From the NCBI GenBank assembly GCA_026994225.1, contig JALWRI010000121.1, positions 30,630 through 94,629 on the forward strand: DNA of 64,000 bases. The letters are read 5' to 3'. Of the stretch, positions 60,877 to 64,000 are shown one piece after another. Position 1 is the stretch's first letter, and each line of letters opens with the position of its first letter. Under the pieces are notes generated by a model that was given only the letters and a program-made list of their open reading frames with translations, searched no databases and had not been told where the DNA came from. A program made the position numbers and the translations under genes. This stretch comes from Gammaproteobacteria bacterium (GTDB lineage: Bacteria > Pseudomonadota > Gammaproteobacteria > GRL18).

Positions 60877-63800
60877 TCAATTTGTATAAGTTGCAAACTT
60901 CGCTTTAGAAAACCAGGCATATAACACGGGTAACACAAATAAAGTTAAGAAGGTAGAAGTGACTAAACCTCCAACGATAACGGTAGCAAGAGGTTTTTGA
61001 ATTTCTGCACCTACGCCAGTAGATAGAATCATCGGGATTAATCCTAATGCTGCAACAATGGCAGTCATAAGGACAGGTCTTAAGCGAGATACTGCCCCTT
61101 CAAATATCGCTGTATACATCTTTGATGCTTGGTATTCAATACGTAAATTAATGGCTTCTACCATGACCACACCGTTAAGCACTGCCACACCAAACAAGGT
61201 AATAAATCCTATTGAGCTGGGTACAGAGAGATATTGCCCAGTAATATACAATGCCACAATTCCACCTATCATTGCTAAGGGTAAATTAAGCAAAATTAAA
61301 ATAGCTTGTCCGATAGAATGAAAAGCAAAATAGAGGAGTAGAGCGATTAATCCAATAGAAAGGGGAACGACTATCATCAAGCGTTGTTGTGCACGTTGTT
61401 GGTTTTCAAATTGTCCACCAATGGCAACAGAATAGCCTACAGGTAAATCAACGTTTTGGGCAATAGCCTGGCGTATATCAGCGACGACGCTGCCCATATC
61501 CCGTCCTTGTACATTTGCCTGTATCACAATACGGCGTTGTACATCATCACGGCGTACTTGTGGTGGTCCTGATTCAATAGCAATATTGGCAACATCCCCT
61601 AAACGCACCCATGCACCGGTGGCAGAAAGCAAACGTAAATCAGCAATATGTTGTCTATCTTGGCGAAAATCTTTGGCAAGGCGTACCATAATATTGTAGC
61701 GTTCATTACCATTGATGATTTGTCCTGCTTCTCTACCACCTATCCCGTCACGAACTATCTCCATAATATCTTTCACGGCTAGACCATAACGAGATAGTTG
61801 TTGCCGATTCGGTGTTATCACCAATTGTGCTTCTCCTGCAATTTGTTCCATGGCAACATCTCTGGCACCGTTAACAGTTTTTACTGCTGTTTCTATTTCT
61901 GCCCCTTTAGCAGCAAGCACATTGAGATCGGCACCAAATAATTTAATCGCTAATTGTGCTTTTACCCCAGATAATAACTCATCTACTCGGGTTGCAATAG
62001 GTTGTGAAAAGTTGAGTAATAAACCAGGATATTGTTCTAGTTTTTCTTCCATTAAGGCTTGTAAAGCTAATCGGTTGTGAGCGCTTGTCCATTCTTTTAC
62101 CGGTTTTAATCCAATATAAATCTCGATATTACTGACCGGTTCTGGATCACCGCCAATTTCAGCTCTTCCTATTCGACTCAGCGCATAGATTACCTCAGGA
62201 AATTCCATTAACATGCTTTCGAGTTGGGGGGCAACGTGTAAGGCAGTTTGTAAACTTGAAGAGGGGGCAAGGGTAACACGTAAATTAATAGTACCTTCTT
62301 CTAGTTCAGGGACAAATTCTGTACCTAAACGGGGTAATAACATTAAAGCTGCAATCAGCATAGCAAGTGCTGTGAATAAAACCAGTGGCTTAAAACGCAT
62401 TGCTAGTGTAAGTAGAAATCGGTAAGCAATTTCCAGGGGAATGAGGAGTAGGCTTTTTCTTTCTTTTATTCCGTGTTTAAAAAAATAACTGGCTAGAGCA
62501 GGTACAACGATTAAAGAGACGATTAATGAAGTTGCCATAGCTAGCATGATACTCACAGCCATAGGTTGAAACATTTTACCCTCAACGCCTTCTAAACTAA
62601 ATAAAGGAGCAAAAACAACCATGATGATAGTGACAGCAAAAAATACAGGTTTAGCCACTTCTTTAGCGGCAATTTGGATACGTATTGCAATGTTTGTGTC
62701 ATGTTTTATATCATAAGGATCATCGTCATTGGTAGCAACTTTCCGTGCATGTTGTGCATCATGTTCTTGATCGGGATGAGTTAAATGTTTAAAAATATTT
62801 TCCATCATGACGACTGCACCATCAACCATCATACCAATCGCAACGGCTAGTCCACCTAAAGACATTAAATTTGCAGAAAGACCATGATAGGCCATCACTG
62901 TTAATGCCATACCTACTGATAGAGGAATAGAGATTAACACTAATAATACGGCTCGGATATTTAATAAGAATAAGACTAATACAATAACAATAAATATAAA
63001 GGCTTCAATTAATGCTTTGGCAACAGTATGTACCGCTTTTTCAATTAAATCGGCTTGATCATAAAAGGCTTCAAAACGTACTCCTTTAGGTAATGCTTGT
63101 TGTATTAATTTAATGCGGGTGTTTATCCCATCAATGGTAGCTTTGGTATTAGCTCCCATACGTTTTAATACAATCCCGGATACGACTTCCCCTAACGATT
63201 CAATCTTTCCATCATGGTTACGGCGAGTCATAGTCACTGCACCCTGGCGTATTTCACTACCAATTTGAACCGTTGCCACATCTGCAATATGTACTACTGT
63301 ACCATTAATTGTTTTTAGTGGGATTTGGCGTAGTGCTTGTAAGCCTTTTTGATCATGATCTAACCAACCTACTCCCCGTATGATGAGTTGTTCCTGACCT
63401 CGGTTCATATACCAACCACCAGCATTTTCATTGTTGTTTTCCAATGCTTCAACTATATCTTCTTGGGTGATTTGATATGCAAGTAAACGGGAAGGATTAA
63501 CAGCTACCTGGTATTGACGCACGTTACCCCCAAAAGAGAGGACATCAGTAACACCATCTACAGGCATTAATAATAGTTTGACGACCCAATCATTTAAACT
63601 TCGTAACGCCATAGCATCATAATCCGTTGAGGGATCGGCGACTAATAAATATTGGTAGACTTGTCCTAAACCGGATGTGTTAGGACCGATTTCAGGTGTT
63701 CCCATCCCTTCAGGAATAAATTCTTTTGCCGATTGTAAACGTTCAAAAACTAATTGTCGGGCAAAATAAATATCAGTACCTTCTTCAAAGACCACGGTAA

Positions 63801-64000
63801 TACCAGATAAACCCGTTTTGGATATAGAACGAACCTCTTTAACATCGGGTAAGGCATACATCACAGCTTCGATGGGAAAAGTAATCAGTTGTTCTACCTC
63901 TTCTGCAGCCAGTCCAGGTGCTTCAGTGTTGATAGATACTTGAATATTCGTTACATCAGGAAAAGCATCTAAATTAAGACGAGGTATAATAAATATTGCA
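60877..64000 (-). CDS. CzcA/CusA-family heavy-metal efflux RND transporter (partial; N-terminus lies beyond the window end)
   Basis: 'GPNTSGLGQVYQYLL' and 'AIGMMVDGAVVMMENIF'. 12-TM RND layout. The frame stays open upstream of the listed Met at 63864. Confidence 0.9.
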   Translation of the reverse strand, partial: AIFIIPRLNLDAFPDVTNIQVSINTEAPGLAAEEVEQLITFPIEAVMYALPDVKEVRSISKTGLSGITVVFEEGTDIYFARQLVFERLQSAKEFIPEGMGTPEIGPNTSGLGQVYQYLLVADPSTDYDAMALRSLNDWVVKLLLMPVDGVTDVLSFGGNVRQYQVAVNPSRLLAYQITQEDIVEALENNNENAGGWYMNRGQEQLIIRGVGWLDHDQKGLQALRQIPLKTINGTVVHIADVATVQIGSEIRQGAVTMTRRNHDGKIESLGEVVSGIVLKRMGANTKATIDGINTRIKLIQQALPKGVRFEAFYDQADLIEKAVHTVAKALIEAFIFIVIVLVLFLLNIRAVLLVLISIPLSVGMALTVMAYHGLSANLMSLGGLAVAIGMMVDGAVVMMENIFKHLTHPDQEHDAQHARKVATNDDDPYDIKHDTNIAIRIQIAAKEVAKPVFFAVTIIMVVFAPLFSLEGVEGKMFQPMAVSIMLAMATSLIVSLIVVPALASYFFKHGIKERKSLLLIPLEIAYRFLLTLAMRFKPLVLFTALAMLIAALMLLPRLGTEFVPELEEGTINLRVTLAPSSSLQTALHVAPQLESMLMEFPEVIYALSRIGRAEIGGDPEPVSNIEIYIGLKPVKEWTSAHNRLALQALMEEKLEQYPGLLLNFSQPIATRVDELLSGVKAQLAIKLFGADLNVLAAKGAEIETAVKTVNGARDVAMEQIAGEAQLVITPNRQQLSRYGLAVKDIMEIVRDGIGGREAGQIINGNERYNIMVRLAKDFRQDRQHIADLRLLSATGAWVRLGDVANIAIESGPPQVRRDDVQRRIVIQANVQGRDMGSVVADIRQAIAQNVDLPVGYSVAIGGQFENQQRAQQRLMIVVPLSIGLIALLLYFAFHSIGQAILILLNLPLAMIGGIVALYITGQYLSVPSSIGFITLFGVAVLNGVVMVEAINLRIEYQASKMYTAIFEGAVSRLRPVLMTAIVAALGLIPMILSTGVGAEIQKPLATVIVGGLVTSTFLTLFVLPVLYAWFSKAKFATYTN

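Overview
AT-rich proteobacterial chromosome segment, gammaproteobacterium-like by gene order; I cannot name the organism. Conserved core operons: ribF-ileS-lspA-fkpB-ispH (87-5819), queA-tgt-yajC-secD-secF (19771-25282) next to tRNA-Leu(CAA), then psd, thiO-like, ppdK, pgm, metH, an acyl-CoA synthetase and a partial CzcA/CusA-type RND pump. Between these lie accessory regions. (1) A visibly GC-richer, heavily decayed type I R-M island (6868-11986) reads hsdM'-'hsdS-RAYT-like HUH transposase-RhuM/Fic-hsdR'-'tnpB. (2) A divergent membrane/signalling cluster (11984-19166) holds a vWA protein, a TM/coiled-coil protein with an acidic W-motif repeat tail, a truncated receiver protein, a Ser/Thr kinase and a translationally coupled porin-like protein. 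(3) Nested IS200/IS605 TnpB relics lie at 25283-26035. (4) A cyclase-FHA / Ser/Thr kinase / CHASE3-GAF hybrid kinase / orphan CheR block spans 27895-35290. (5) A PstS-like / porin / GGDEF-EAL operon spans 43007-47613. (6) A TPP-enzyme / GT-A-like / methyltransferase trio spans 47832-51945. (7) A secreted tandem Tudor/SH3-like repeat protein is at 53751-54104. The most unusual signal is a 28-nt perfect palindrome flanked by two hexanucleotide microsatellites, lying in frame inside the RAYT-like gene between its HUH and Tyr motifs. A 23/24-nt identical copy sits exactly at a deletion junction in the dead hsdR. Short hairpin repeats resembling IS605 right ends mark several gene-truncation junctions. 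No CRISPR array, rRNA or intact prophage was seen. All domain calls come from reading motifs by eye; no searches were run.
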